Assembly (NCBI GenBank): GCA_964579285.1
Contig: CAZOHS010000001.1
Location: forward strand, 13,068 to 70,971
From: an uncultured Rhodospirillaceae bacterium
GTDB taxonomy: Bacteria; Pseudomonadota; Alphaproteobacteria; MPNO01; UBA830
Length of the DNA stretch: 57,904 nucleotides
Reading direction: 5' to 3'
This document shows, one piece after another, positions 28,782 to 37,474 of the stretch. Position numbers and translations under genes: made by a program. Each line of letters begins with the position of its first letter. Positions within the stretch are counted from its first letter, which is position 1. A model generated the notes under the pieces. It was not told the DNA's origin. It worked only from the letters and a program-made list of their open reading frames with translations, and did not search any database.

Positions 28782-31528
28782 GACCCCCCTCCTTGGGCGG
28801 CGATGATGGCGGCCCGCACACGGGCGGGCGTCGCCGGCGCCTGGGTTATTTCAGCACCTGTCGCATGATATATCGCGCCAAAGATCGCAGGCGGAGTGGG
28901 TATTAACGCTGGTTCACCAATACCCTTTGCACCGTATGGCCCAGTCGGTTCCGGGTCCTCAATCAAGTAGACGTCTATTGGTGGAATGTCCCCGAAGGTG
29001 GGAATGAGATAATCGTGAAGGTTTTCTGTTCGACCAGGAACATATTCCTCCATCAACGCTAGCCCAATGCCTTGGGCGACGCCCCCGTGTATTTGACCCT
29101 CAACTTGCATCGGGTTTATCGCGGCGCCTAAATCATGTGCGGCCCACACATGCAGTACTTTAACGACCCCAAGTTCTGTATCGACCTCTACTTTTGCTAC
29201 CTGAGCACCGAAAGCGTATGTGCCGTAGGGGTTTCCCTGCCCCATTTCATCCAGTGGTGTCGCGGGCGGGTCAAACACTCCCTCACCAACCAATACATTT
29301 CCATGCAACCTATCCGATTTAAGTTCAGACAAATCTATTACACGCTGGGTATCGGCATCTGTGACGGTCAAACAACCCGCGGCGAATTCAACTGATGCAC
29401 TGTCTCCAACGTTTGCAAGGCGCAAGATCTGTCGGCGCAGGTCAGCCCCAGCAAGCATCGCAGCTTTACCAGACACATAAGCCTGACGCGAGGCGGAACT
29501 CTTACCCGCATCAGCCGTAAGATCTGTGTCACCCCAAACCAAACCCACTTGGTCCATTCTTATCCCGAGGGCATCAGCGGCAACTTGAACCATAGTAGTA
29601 TTTGTCCCCTGCCCAATATCTTGAGCCCCTGAATAAAGTGTTACGGTTCCATCGGCTGCCAAACCGATATGCATAGTGGAAGGATTTGACATTGACGTGT
29701 TACCACAACCATACCACATACAACCCACCCCAACTCCGAGACGCTTCGTACCGTCCGTTGCAGAATTATATTGGTCGGCCTCCCGACGCGCGTGTTTCCA
29801 TGGATCACGCAGCGTTTCCAAACATTGATCCAAACCAGCAGAATATTTTAGTAATTGCCCTGTTGGCGTCTCGTGGCCTTTACGCATCGCGTTTTTTAAC
29901 CGAAATTCAAGTGGATCCATATCGACTCGTTCGGCCATTCGATCCATCAGATTATCATGGGCAATCGCCGCCTGGGGGATTCCAAATCCCCTAAAGGCTC
30001 CAGCGGGCGTACCGTTTGTAAAAACCGCTCGCGTTTTAGCTTCTACATTAGGTACTAAATAGGGCCCCGTCGCATGCACCGGCACACGGTCTTTTACCGT
30101 CAAACCCCACGAAACGTATGCGCCAGTATCAAAATCACCCGTCATCTCAAAAGCAACCAAATCTCCGTTATTAGTACAGCCGTATTTCGCGGTGATCCTA
30201 GAAGGGTGTCTCTTAGTGGAGGCCGACATCGACTCTATTCGGCTCCACGTCGCACGCACAGGCTGATCCAACACCCAGGCAGCTATTCCCAATAGAGGAT
30301 GGACACCCAAGTCCAACTTACCACCGAAGCCACCGCCACAGGCTGTTGGAATAATCCGTACCGCGTCGTTAGAGATACCCACAATTTGTGCAACAAGGTC
30401 GCGGTCCAAATATGGGGATTGGGTTGAAACTGTCATCTCAAGACGATCTCCAACCCGCCTTGCCCAACCCGCTTCAGGCTCTATGTAAGCGTGTTCCACA
30501 AAGCCCGTTGCAAAGGAGTTCTCTACAACCACGTCAGCAACATCAAACCCAGATCCGACGTCGCCCTTTTTTAGGTAACCATGGGCTAGAATATTCCCTG
30601 GGTGATCCGAATGGATCTGATGAGCGCCGTCCAACAGAGCCGCATCGAAACCATAAACGTCATCGCGTACTTTGTAGCTTATTGGCAAGTCTTCATCGCG
30701 GATACCATATACGGAAGCATAGTCCCCTACCAAAGCCAGCACCGTTTCACCCCGAAAACGTATTTCCCCATCAGCTATTGCCGGTTGATCGTTTACGTCG
30801 GGATAAACGCCATAGGCATTTCGGCCTGGCACGTCTCGCGCGGTAAGCACACGAACTAATCCCGGCCAATCATTATAAAGGGTGCCAAAGTCCCCCAGCT
30901 CGAAGGAAGCGTTGGCGTGAGGTGACCGAACCGCACGCACCCATAGTGCTTCACTCGGGGCGGTATCCGCGCCAAAATTCTCGGTCCCATTTACCTTCTG
31001 CACACCATCCGTTTTTAAGGCGCGTGCACCCATTGCCTCCCCAACATCAGGGTTAAGAAACCCAGCGGCTTGTGGAGATGCAATCTGTTGGACTGCATCG
31101 ATGATATTTCGATAACCAGTACATCGGCAAAGAACGCCCCCCAATGCATCAAGTATCTCTGTTTCGCTCGGAGTTTTGTTATGCGTTAATAAATCGGCCG
31201 CAGCCATTAACATTCCCGGTGTACATATACCGCATTGAGTTGCACCACACTCGTGGAAAGCCCGTTGAAGTTCCGACAACTGACTACTGCCTGAAGTTAG
31301 CCCCTCAACTGTAGTGACTTCGCACCCTTCAGCCTGGGCTAACGGCACCATACACGCGCATACCTGTTCGCCATCAAGCAAAACAGTGCAAGCTCCACAA
31401 TCACCGGCATCGCAGCCTACTTTGGTCCCCGTAACCCCCAGATCTTCGCGCAGCACCTGCGCCAAACGGGTTAAGGGTGCGGACATCGTAGAAACCGAAT
31501 TTCCGTTAAGGTTGAATGTTACTTGCAT
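28778..31528 (-). CDS. Xanthine-dehydrogenase-family hydroxylase with fused 2x[2Fe-2S] and molybdopterin-binding subunits
   Basis: The N-terminal [2Fe-2S] motifs are CDAGDCGACTV, CGICTPG and CRCTGY, followed by a roughly 750-aa a/b-hammerhead plus MoCo domain. I prefer the ATG at 31528 (MQVTFNLNGN...). The ORF track starts at the TTG at 31537. Confidence 0.9.
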   Translation of the reverse strand: MQVTFNLNGNSVSTMSAPLTRLAQVLREDLGVTGTKVGCDAGDCGACTVLLDGEQVCACMVPLAQAEGCEVTTVEGLTSGSSQLSELQRAFHECGATQCGICTPGMLMAAADLLTHNKTPSETEILDALGGVLCRCTGYRNIIDAVQQIASPQAAGFLNPDVGEAMGARALKTDGVQKVNGTENFGADTAPSEALWVRAVRSPHANASFELGDFGTLYNDWPGLVRVLTARDVPGRNAYGVYPDVNDQPAIADGEIRFRGETVLALVGDYASVYGIRDEDLPISYKVRDDVYGFDAALLDGAHQIHSDHPGNILAHGYLKKGDVGSGFDVADVVVENSFATGFVEHAYIEPEAGWARRVGDRLEMTVSTQSPYLDRDLVAQIVGISNDAVRIIPTACGGGFGGKLDLGVHPLLGIAAWVLDQPVRATWSRIESMSASTKRHPSRITAKYGCTNNGDLVAFEMTGDFDTGAYVSWGLTVKDRVPVHATGPYLVPNVEAKTRAVFTNGTPAGAFRGFGIPQAAIAHDNLMDRMAERVDMDPLEFRLKNAMRKGHETPTGQLLKYSAGLDQCLETLRDPWKHARREADQYNSATDGTKRLGVGVGCMWYGCGNTSMSNPSTMHIGLAADGTVTLYSGAQDIGQGTNTTMVQVAADALGIRMDQVGLVWGDTDLTADAGKSSASRQAYVSGKAAMLAGADLRRQILRLANVGDSASVEFAAGCLTVTDADTQRVIDLSELKSDRLHGNVLVGEGVFDPPATPLDEMGQGNPYGTYAFGAQVAKVEVDTELGVVKVLHVWAAHDLGAAINPMQVEGQIHGGVAQGIGLALMEEYVPGRTENLHDYLIPTFGDIPPIDVYLIEDPEPTGPYGAKGIGEPALIPTPPAIFGAIYHATGAEITQAPATPARVRAAIIAAQGGGS

Positions 31529-31533
31529 GACTA

Positions 31534-32367
31534 TCAAACGAGCTCCGTTATAGCGCGTCGGACGAGCGTCAATGAAACATCCCGTCGATACGCGGCTGTA
31601 CCTCTTACGTCATCTATCGGGCTCAAAGGTTTTAGATGATCAGAAACCACACTTGATGCGAGATTTGAATCAACCTTCCTACCCACGAGCAGACGTTCGG
31701 CATCTGTCAAACGGCACGCGACTTCGGAACAGGATCCCACTGAAAGTCGCAGCCGTTCAACTGTTCCATCATCGGATGTTTCTAGAACGGCAGAAACCAT
31801 CACGATTGAAATTACTAAGTACTTGCGCGCGCCCAGCTTAAGAAAAGTACTTTTTGCCCCATTTTTACAGGCTGGAATAGAAATGCCGAGAACCATTTCA
31901 TTGGGTTGCCGTTTAGTCTTTCGATTTCCAAGGATAAATTCTGAAACTGGTAATGTTCTCTCCCCAGAGGTCGACGCCAATATAATCGAAGCATCAAGGG
32001 CTAATAAGCCAGGGACCCCATCCGCCGCTGGCGAGGCATTACATATGTTCCCAACTATCGTCGCTGCGTTCTGTATTTGTACGCCGCCGACCTCTTTGGC
32101 GGCGAGCTTCATTCCTGTAAGCCAATCTGGCAGATCTGCTCTGATTAAATCGGACCAAGTGGATCTCGCGCCGATATATATATGATCTCCTCGGTCTTCA
32201 ATGACCCGCAAACCTTCAATAGCGGTAATATCAAGCACATCGTCATCTAGCGGTTTACCGACACGAGCCGGATAGAAATCGGTACCACCCGCGATGATTG
32301 TGGGCTCGCCAATTGACAGCGCTTCGAGCGCTTCATCGAGCTGCTTTGGGCGTAAAAAAGATGACAT
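31534..32367 (-). CDS. Molybdopterin dehydrogenase FAD-binding (medium, CoxM/XdhB-like) subunit
   Basis: 277 aa with TIIAGGTDFYP. It is the first gene of the operon. Its stop lies 5 nt before the ATG of the FeS/Mo subunit. Confidence 0.85.
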   Translation of the reverse strand: MSSFLRPKQLDEALEALSIGEPTIIAGGTDFYPARVGKPLDDDVLDITAIEGLRVIEDRGDHIYIGARSTWSDLIRADLPDWLTGMKLAAKEVGGVQIQNAATIVGNICNASPAADGVPGLLALDASIILASTSGERTLPVSEFILGNRKTKRQPNEMVLGISIPACKNGAKSTFLKLGARKYLVISIVMVSAVLETSDDGTVERLRLSVGSCSEVACRLTDAERLLVGRKVDSNLASSVVSDHLKPLSPIDDVRGTAAYRRDVSLTLVRRAITELV

Positions 32368-32397
32368 GCTTACATCATTGCTTAGTTAAAAATTTGT

Positions 32398-32411
32398 TTG
32401 TATACATACAA
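32398..32411. promoter_or_regulatory. Inverted repeat TTGTAT-AC-ATACAA, a candidate operator in the divergent Mo-hydroxylase / korAB control region
   Basis: Read directly. It lies 31-44 bp upstream of the FAD-subunit start at 32367. The GT..AC core resembles GntR-type operators. Confidence 0.25.
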
Positions 32412-32530
32412 TTATTCTTCACCCAAGGGGTGAGTGTCAAGGATCCTATCATGACACCGAATGAGATTATGAGATTTAAATATCCGAGTATCACGTCAGT
32501 TTTTAAAAATTTTGCTTCGATTCTGCTATG

Positions 32531-32560
32531 AACTTCTTTATGACAAAGAAGTTATTTTTG
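32531..32560 (+). terminator. AT-rich hairpin plus T-run (terminator/attenuator-like) in the korA leader
   Basis: AACTTCTTT (32531-32539) and AAAGAAGTT (32545-32553) form a perfect 9-bp stem with a 5-nt loop, followed by ATTTTTG. It lies about 180 nt upstream of the korA ATG. The stem is weak because it is mostly A/T. Confidence 0.3.
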
Positions 32561-32737
32561 AATCTGTTTTATCCTCAAGGTCAAGTTCCCAATCACCGTA
32601 ATGTAAGGTTAGGTTATAATGAAATTATCTATGGCATTTTTAACGAACCTGCCGCAGACTGAACCCTGCTTGACGAGGTTGTAACGTCCACCTAGTTTTA
32701 TTTTTTTCTAACATACAAATAGTTCTGGATACGATCT

Positions 32738-34603
32738 ATGGCCACAAATGCTGCCTCCTCTCTTAATGCGGAGCGCAAATCTCTAGACTCAGTTGTTATT
32801 CGATTTGCCGGCGATTCCGGCGACGGAATGCAGCTAACTGGAACCCAATTCACTCAATCCACCGCCCTGATGGGTAACGATCTCGCTACCTTTCCAGACT
32901 TTCCTGCAGAAATTCGTGCGCCCGCTGGCACAACTTTTGGGGTATCGGCCTTTCAAATAAACTTTGCGTCGTATGATATACAGACACCCGGGGACGATCC
33001 GGATGTGCTTGTGGCAATGAACCCGGCCGCTCTAAAAGTACACCTAAAGGATGTACCCAAGGGCGGTACGGTGATCCTCAACTCTGACGCATTTTCCGAG
33101 CGAAACGTAACCCGCGCGGGTTACGGTGAAAGCCCGCTTGAAGATGGTACATTGGACAACTATATCGTTATCGCGATTGAGATAAATAAGTTGACCAATG
33201 CCGCGGTCAAGGATTGTGGGGTTACTTCGAAGGAAGCAACTCGTTCGAAGAATTTCTGGGCACTCGGTCTGATGTGTTGGATGTATAACCGAGACCGCCA
33301 ACCAACGATAGACTGGGTGAACCAGCGTTTTGCAAAACTACCCAATATTGCAGCAGCAAATATAGCGGCTCTTAACGCGGGTCACGCGTACGGCGAGACG
33401 GTGGAATTACCATCAGGTGTGGAAGCCTACGTAGTACCGCGGGCAGATGTTAAACCGGGTACCTACAGGGCGGTCACCGGAACCGAAGCCGTAGCGTGGG
33501 GACTTGTTGCCGGCGCCAAGAAGGCGGGACTCAATATCTTTCTGGGCTCGTACCCAATAACCCCGGCGTCCGCTCTCCTTCACACCCTAACCAATCTAAA
33601 ACATTACGGTGTCACCACGTTTCAAGCAGAGGACGAAATCGCCGCCGTTTGCTCGGCCATAGGGGCCTCCTACGCAGGTTCGCTCGGTGTTACATCCTCC
33701 TCCGGACCAGGAATAGCTCTAAAAACAGAAGCTATCGGCCTGGCCCTTGTTACAGAATTACCGCTCATTGTTGTGAATGTGCAGCGTGGCGGTCCGTCGA
33801 CGGGCTTACCAACAAAAACGGAGCAATCCGATTTGTTTCAGGCAATGTATGGCCGCAACGCGGATACACCACTTCCTGTAATTGCTTCGCGAACGGCCGG
33901 CGACTGTTTCGAAACAGCGATAGAAGCAGTTCGTATTGCAACAAAATATATGACCCCGGTAATCTTCTTAACAGATGGGTTCCTCGCGAACTCGGCAGAA
34001 CCATGGGAAATACCTGACGCCGACGCTATTGCCGAATTTCCCGTTGAATTTCGCACTGATCCTGAGGGTTTTCATCCATTTCTTCGGGACGAGCAAACTC
34101 TTGCCCGAAACTGGGCAATCCCGGGCACGCCTGGATTAATGCATCGGATTGGTGGCATTGAAAAAGACTATGATAGTGGTCACATCTCATACGACAGCGA
34201 TAATCATCAGAGGATGACAAAAGTTCGTGCAGCTAAGATTGATGGTATCGCAAATGACATACCAGAACAAAAAGTTGAAGCTGGTGGAGACACCGGTAAG
34301 CTAGCAGTCGTGGGATGGGGGTCCACGTTTGGAGCAATAAATCAAGCTGTAGGTCGTTGTATTGAAGACGGTTTGAATGTTTCACACATACATATTCGCC
34401 ATATCTCACCATTCCCAAAAAATTTAGGTGACCTTCTTGGAGGATTTGAAAAGGTCATGGTACCAGAGATGAACAACGGGCAATTGGTCCACGTACTCCG
34501 AGACAAATATCTAGTTGATGCCGAAAGCATTACACAAATCACGGGCCAACCGTTTAAGGTCTCGACCCTTGAACGCGATATCCGCTCGCGGATAGAAGGA
34601 TAA
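32738..34603 (+). CDS. korA: 2-oxoglutarate (2-oxoacid):ferredoxin oxidoreductase alpha subunit
   Basis: 621 aa. The N-terminus VIRFAGDSGDGMQLTG is typical of two-subunit KorA. It has the fused gamma/alpha domain architecture. Confidence 0.85.
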   Translation: MATNAASSLNAERKSLDSVVIRFAGDSGDGMQLTGTQFTQSTALMGNDLATFPDFPAEIRAPAGTTFGVSAFQINFASYDIQTPGDDPDVLVAMNPAALKVHLKDVPKGGTVILNSDAFSERNVTRAGYGESPLEDGTLDNYIVIAIEINKLTNAAVKDCGVTSKEATRSKNFWALGLMCWMYNRDRQPTIDWVNQRFAKLPNIAAANIAALNAGHAYGETVELPSGVEAYVVPRADVKPGTYRAVTGTEAVAWGLVAGAKKAGLNIFLGSYPITPASALLHTLTNLKHYGVTTFQAEDEIAAVCSAIGASYAGSLGVTSSSGPGIALKTEAIGLALVTELPLIVVNVQRGGPSTGLPTKTEQSDLFQAMYGRNADTPLPVIASRTAGDCFETAIEAVRIATKYMTPVIFLTDGFLANSAEPWEIPDADAIAEFPVEFRTDPEGFHPFLRDEQTLARNWAIPGTPGLMHRIGGIEKDYDSGHISYDSDNHQRMTKVRAAKIDGIANDIPEQKVEAGGDTGKLAVVGWGSTFGAINQAVGRCIEDGLNVSHIHIRHISPFPKNLGDLLGGFEKVMVPEMNNGQLVHVLRDKYLVDAESITQITGQPFKVSTLERDIRSRIEG

Positions 34604-34607
34604 GCTT

Positions 34608-35642
34608 ATGAATGTCGAAACACCTATCGAAGCGTTAAAACCCAACGACTATGCCTCTGACCAAGAGGTTCGTTGGTGCCCGGGTTGCGGAGATTACGCC
34701 ATAGTAAAAGGTGTCCACCGGACACTGGCCGAGTTACAAATTCCGTTAGAGAAGTTAGTTTTTTTCTCAGGCATCGGTTGCGCTGCACGATTTCCTTATT
34801 ACATGGCCTCTTATGGTTTTCATACCATACACGGTCGCTCTCCAGCGCTAGCAACGGGGGCAAAGCTTGCCAATCCCGAACTCGATATTTGGGTCGTAAT
34901 GGGTGATGGCGACGCTCTCTCCATCGGCGGAAATCATACAATGCATGCTATTCGCCGGAACGTTGATCTGAATATGTTATTGTTCAACAATGAAATCTAT
35001 GGCCTAACTAAGGGTCAATATTCGCCAACAAGCCAGCTCGGAACTCGCTCACCTTCAACACCTCAGGGGTCTGTCGACTCGCCACTTGCACCTTTAAGCA
35101 TCGCGCTGGGAGCTGGGGGCCGTTTCGTTGCACGGACATTCGACACCAATCAAAAACAAATGCCCGGCGTCCTAAAGGCTGCTCACGCACACAAAGGCGC
35201 ATCTTTTGTAGAAATTATTCAAAATTGTATTGTTTATAATGACGGTGTCTTTGATGGCTGGACCGATAAGAAAGTTGTTAATGACAATTCAATCACAGTG
35301 GAGCACGGAAAAGCTCTGATTTTCGGTTCCGACGGAAATAAAGGCATAGCGAAATCTGAGGATGGTTTTGGTATTCGCGTTGTCACTATTGGAGAGGACG
35401 GCATCAGCGATGAAGACGTACTGATCCACGACGAAAAGAATAAAATGCTAGCGATGATGTTGGCCGACATGACCCAACCCGAATTCCCGGTTGCGCTTGG
35501 CGTCCTCTACAACAACCCAAGCAAATCATATGACGAAGCGGTACACGAGCAATTAACGTCTATAAGAGAAAAAAACCCGCAGGGCACGATTAATGAAATG
35601 CTGCGCAAGGGCCGAACGTGGACCGTCAGCGAGGGCGCATAA
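34608..35642 (+). CDS. korB: 2-oxoglutarate (2-oxoacid):ferredoxin oxidoreductase beta (TPP-binding) subunit
   Basis: 344 aa with WCPGCGDYAI and GDGDALSIGGNH. RBS is GAAGGA, and the gene starts 4 nt after the korA stop. Confidence 0.85.
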   Translation: MNVETPIEALKPNDYASDQEVRWCPGCGDYAIVKGVHRTLAELQIPLEKLVFFSGIGCAARFPYYMASYGFHTIHGRSPALATGAKLANPELDIWVVMGDGDALSIGGNHTMHAIRRNVDLNMLLFNNEIYGLTKGQYSPTSQLGTRSPSTPQGSVDSPLAPLSIALGAGGRFVARTFDTNQKQMPGVLKAAHAHKGASFVEIIQNCIVYNDGVFDGWTDKKVVNDNSITVEHGKALIFGSDGNKGIAKSEDGFGIRVVTIGEDGISDEDVLIHDEKNKMLAMMLADMTQPEFPVALGVLYNNPSKSYDEAVHEQLTSIREKNPQGTINEMLRKGRTWTVSEGA

Positions 35643-35650
35643 ACCAAATA

Positions 35651-36727
35651 CTAAGCGGTTCTGGTCGTACTTTCGGAGTGGAAGTGTGGAATTACCGTGT
35701 CGCCGAATAATCGGATTGATGCCTCGGCGGTCTTTACATCCATTCCGAAATAATTGACCTGCATAGATACCTCGTCACAACCCTCGCAAGCCTCGTTAAA
35801 AACCTCTAATTGCTCTATTATTTCTGACGGTGTGCCGACAAATGCGGCGCCGCAATCGATTTGGCTTTCCATAGTTTGTGCGACAATTTTTTCACGCATT
35901 GTATCATAGTTTTGATACGCATCCGATGGCGAGCCAGCGTTGTACTCCACCATCGCACTCACAATCTCACCGAAATGTCCTTCAATAAGCGGCTTTGCAA
36001 GCCGCCTAGCTTCGGTGCCGTCTTCGTGACAGTACATAAATACCGCCATCATAGTTTTTGGCGAACCCTTGTGTCCCGCCCGCTTCCACGCACCCCTATA
36101 CGTTTCTAACAATTTTACTGGATCTGACCCCACACCGGGGATTGCCATAAGGCCGTGCCCCATTGTTCCTGCGCGCTCGAAAGACGCCGGCGTGCCCACA
36201 GCAGCAACATAAAAATCCGGTCGAGGTTTTTGCGTAGGTCGTGGAAACGTTGTCACATTTTCAAAACTATGAAATTTACCACTAGACGTGATGTTTTCGT
36301 TTTCGAGCAAAAGTCTGACCTGTTCCACACCTTCTTCAAAACGCTCTATGCTTTCATCAATATCAACCTCAAAGTGGCGAAATTCTTGAGGTAGAAACGC
36401 GCGAGCAAATCCGACATCAAGACGTCCGCCGCACATCGCATCCATCATACCAATATCACTAGCGAGTTTTAGGGGGCTGTTAAATGCGGGCAGCAACGCC
36501 CCAGTGATCATCCGCGCGGTTTTTGTGTGTTGGGATGCAGCCGTTAAAAAAATTATTGGATTTGGGCTGTAACCACCCCAGCGATGAAAATAATGTTCTA
36601 CTGTGCGAACATGGGAAAAACCATATTCGTCACACAAAGAAATCAAACGCATCGCCTCGTCGTAATACTGCGATGGTGGCTTGATATCTTCTCTAATGTC
36701 CGGAAAAAATTGGAACCCAAACTTCAT
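35651..36727 (-). CDS. Luciferase-like (LLM class) flavin-dependent oxidoreductase
   Basis: 358 aa beginning MKFGFQFFPD, with the TIM-barrel LLM pattern (...VRTVEHYFHRWGGYSPNP...). Confidence 0.8.
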   Translation of the reverse strand: MKFGFQFFPDIREDIKPPSQYYDEAMRLISLCDEYGFSHVRTVEHYFHRWGGYSPNPIIFLTAASQHTKTARMITGALLPAFNSPLKLASDIGMMDAMCGGRLDVGFARAFLPQEFRHFEVDIDESIERFEEGVEQVRLLLENENITSSGKFHSFENVTTFPRPTQKPRPDFYVAAVGTPASFERAGTMGHGLMAIPGVGSDPVKLLETYRGAWKRAGHKGSPKTMMAVFMYCHEDGTEARRLAKPLIEGHFGEIVSAMVEYNAGSPSDAYQNYDTMREKIVAQTMESQIDCGAAFVGTPSEIIEQLEVFNEACEGCDEVSMQVNYFGMDVKTAEASIRLFGDTVIPHFHSESTTRTA

Positions 36728-36778
36728 TCAAAACCCAATATTGAGCGTATATATGTCTAATTCACTAATACAAATAGC

Positions 36779-37363
36779 CTACACGAGTTCATGCGGTACC
36801 TGTTTAGGACCAAAACGCTGTACACGAGTACCCGAGGGTTTGTCGTACCAATTCTGAAGGTTTTTCCCAACATTACCATTTCGTACAATAATACCTATCG
36901 TGCGGTGAGGCCCATTGTATTCCACGTGAATTTCTCCCGGAGGCACGAAATCTATATAGCCGGGCGCGACTTCGTGATCACCAACCATCTCAAGTTCTAT
37001 TTTCCCATCGTCCGCGCCGTCATCAGTCCTACGGTATCGGCGCACGGTCTCTCCGCCCGCTAAAACACCATACACCGTCAAAACGTCGCCGTGATCGTGT
37101 ATCGGCGTCGCCTCGCCTGCTTCCTTAATGAGGGCATTTATCACAAACCCGTAATCAGGATCCTCATAAAACAGCAGGTTCTCATAATGGCCCTTCTCTG
37201 GATCATTTCGAGACGGCCAGGTTTCCGCCCGCTTCTTTAACTCCGGGTCCGCGAGTAACGTTTGTAGGGCCGGGCGGGCTTTTTCATAGCGTGTCACATC
37301 ATCTAGATCTTCATCATATAGGCTTCTCAGATGCCCAATAAACGTCTCCACAGAGGCAAGCAT
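36779..37363 (-). CDS. Cupin-fold protein, cysteine-dioxygenase-like (3-His metal site)
   Basis: 194 aa. IHDHGDV (HxH) and a later GEIHVE supply three His in cupin spacing. Length and N-terminal helical region resemble bacterial CDO/thiol dioxygenase homologues. Confidence 0.5.
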   Translation of the reverse strand: MLASVETFIGHLRSLYDEDLDDVTRYEKARPALQTLLADPELKKRAETWPSRNDPEKGHYENLLFYEDPDYGFVINALIKEAGEATPIHDHGDVLTVYGVLAGGETVRRYRRTDDGADDGKIELEMVGDHEVAPGYIDFVPPGEIHVEYNGPHRTIGIIVRNGNVGKNLQNWYDKPSGTRVQRFGPKQVPHELV

Positions 37364-37474
37364 GGCAATTTATCCTGATTGTTCGATCATTTTTAAAATA
37401 ACTATTCGTGCTCTATGACACCAGTATGGAGTTTAAAGCGCTCTATATCCATTACTTATCTAACGTCCGCATTA

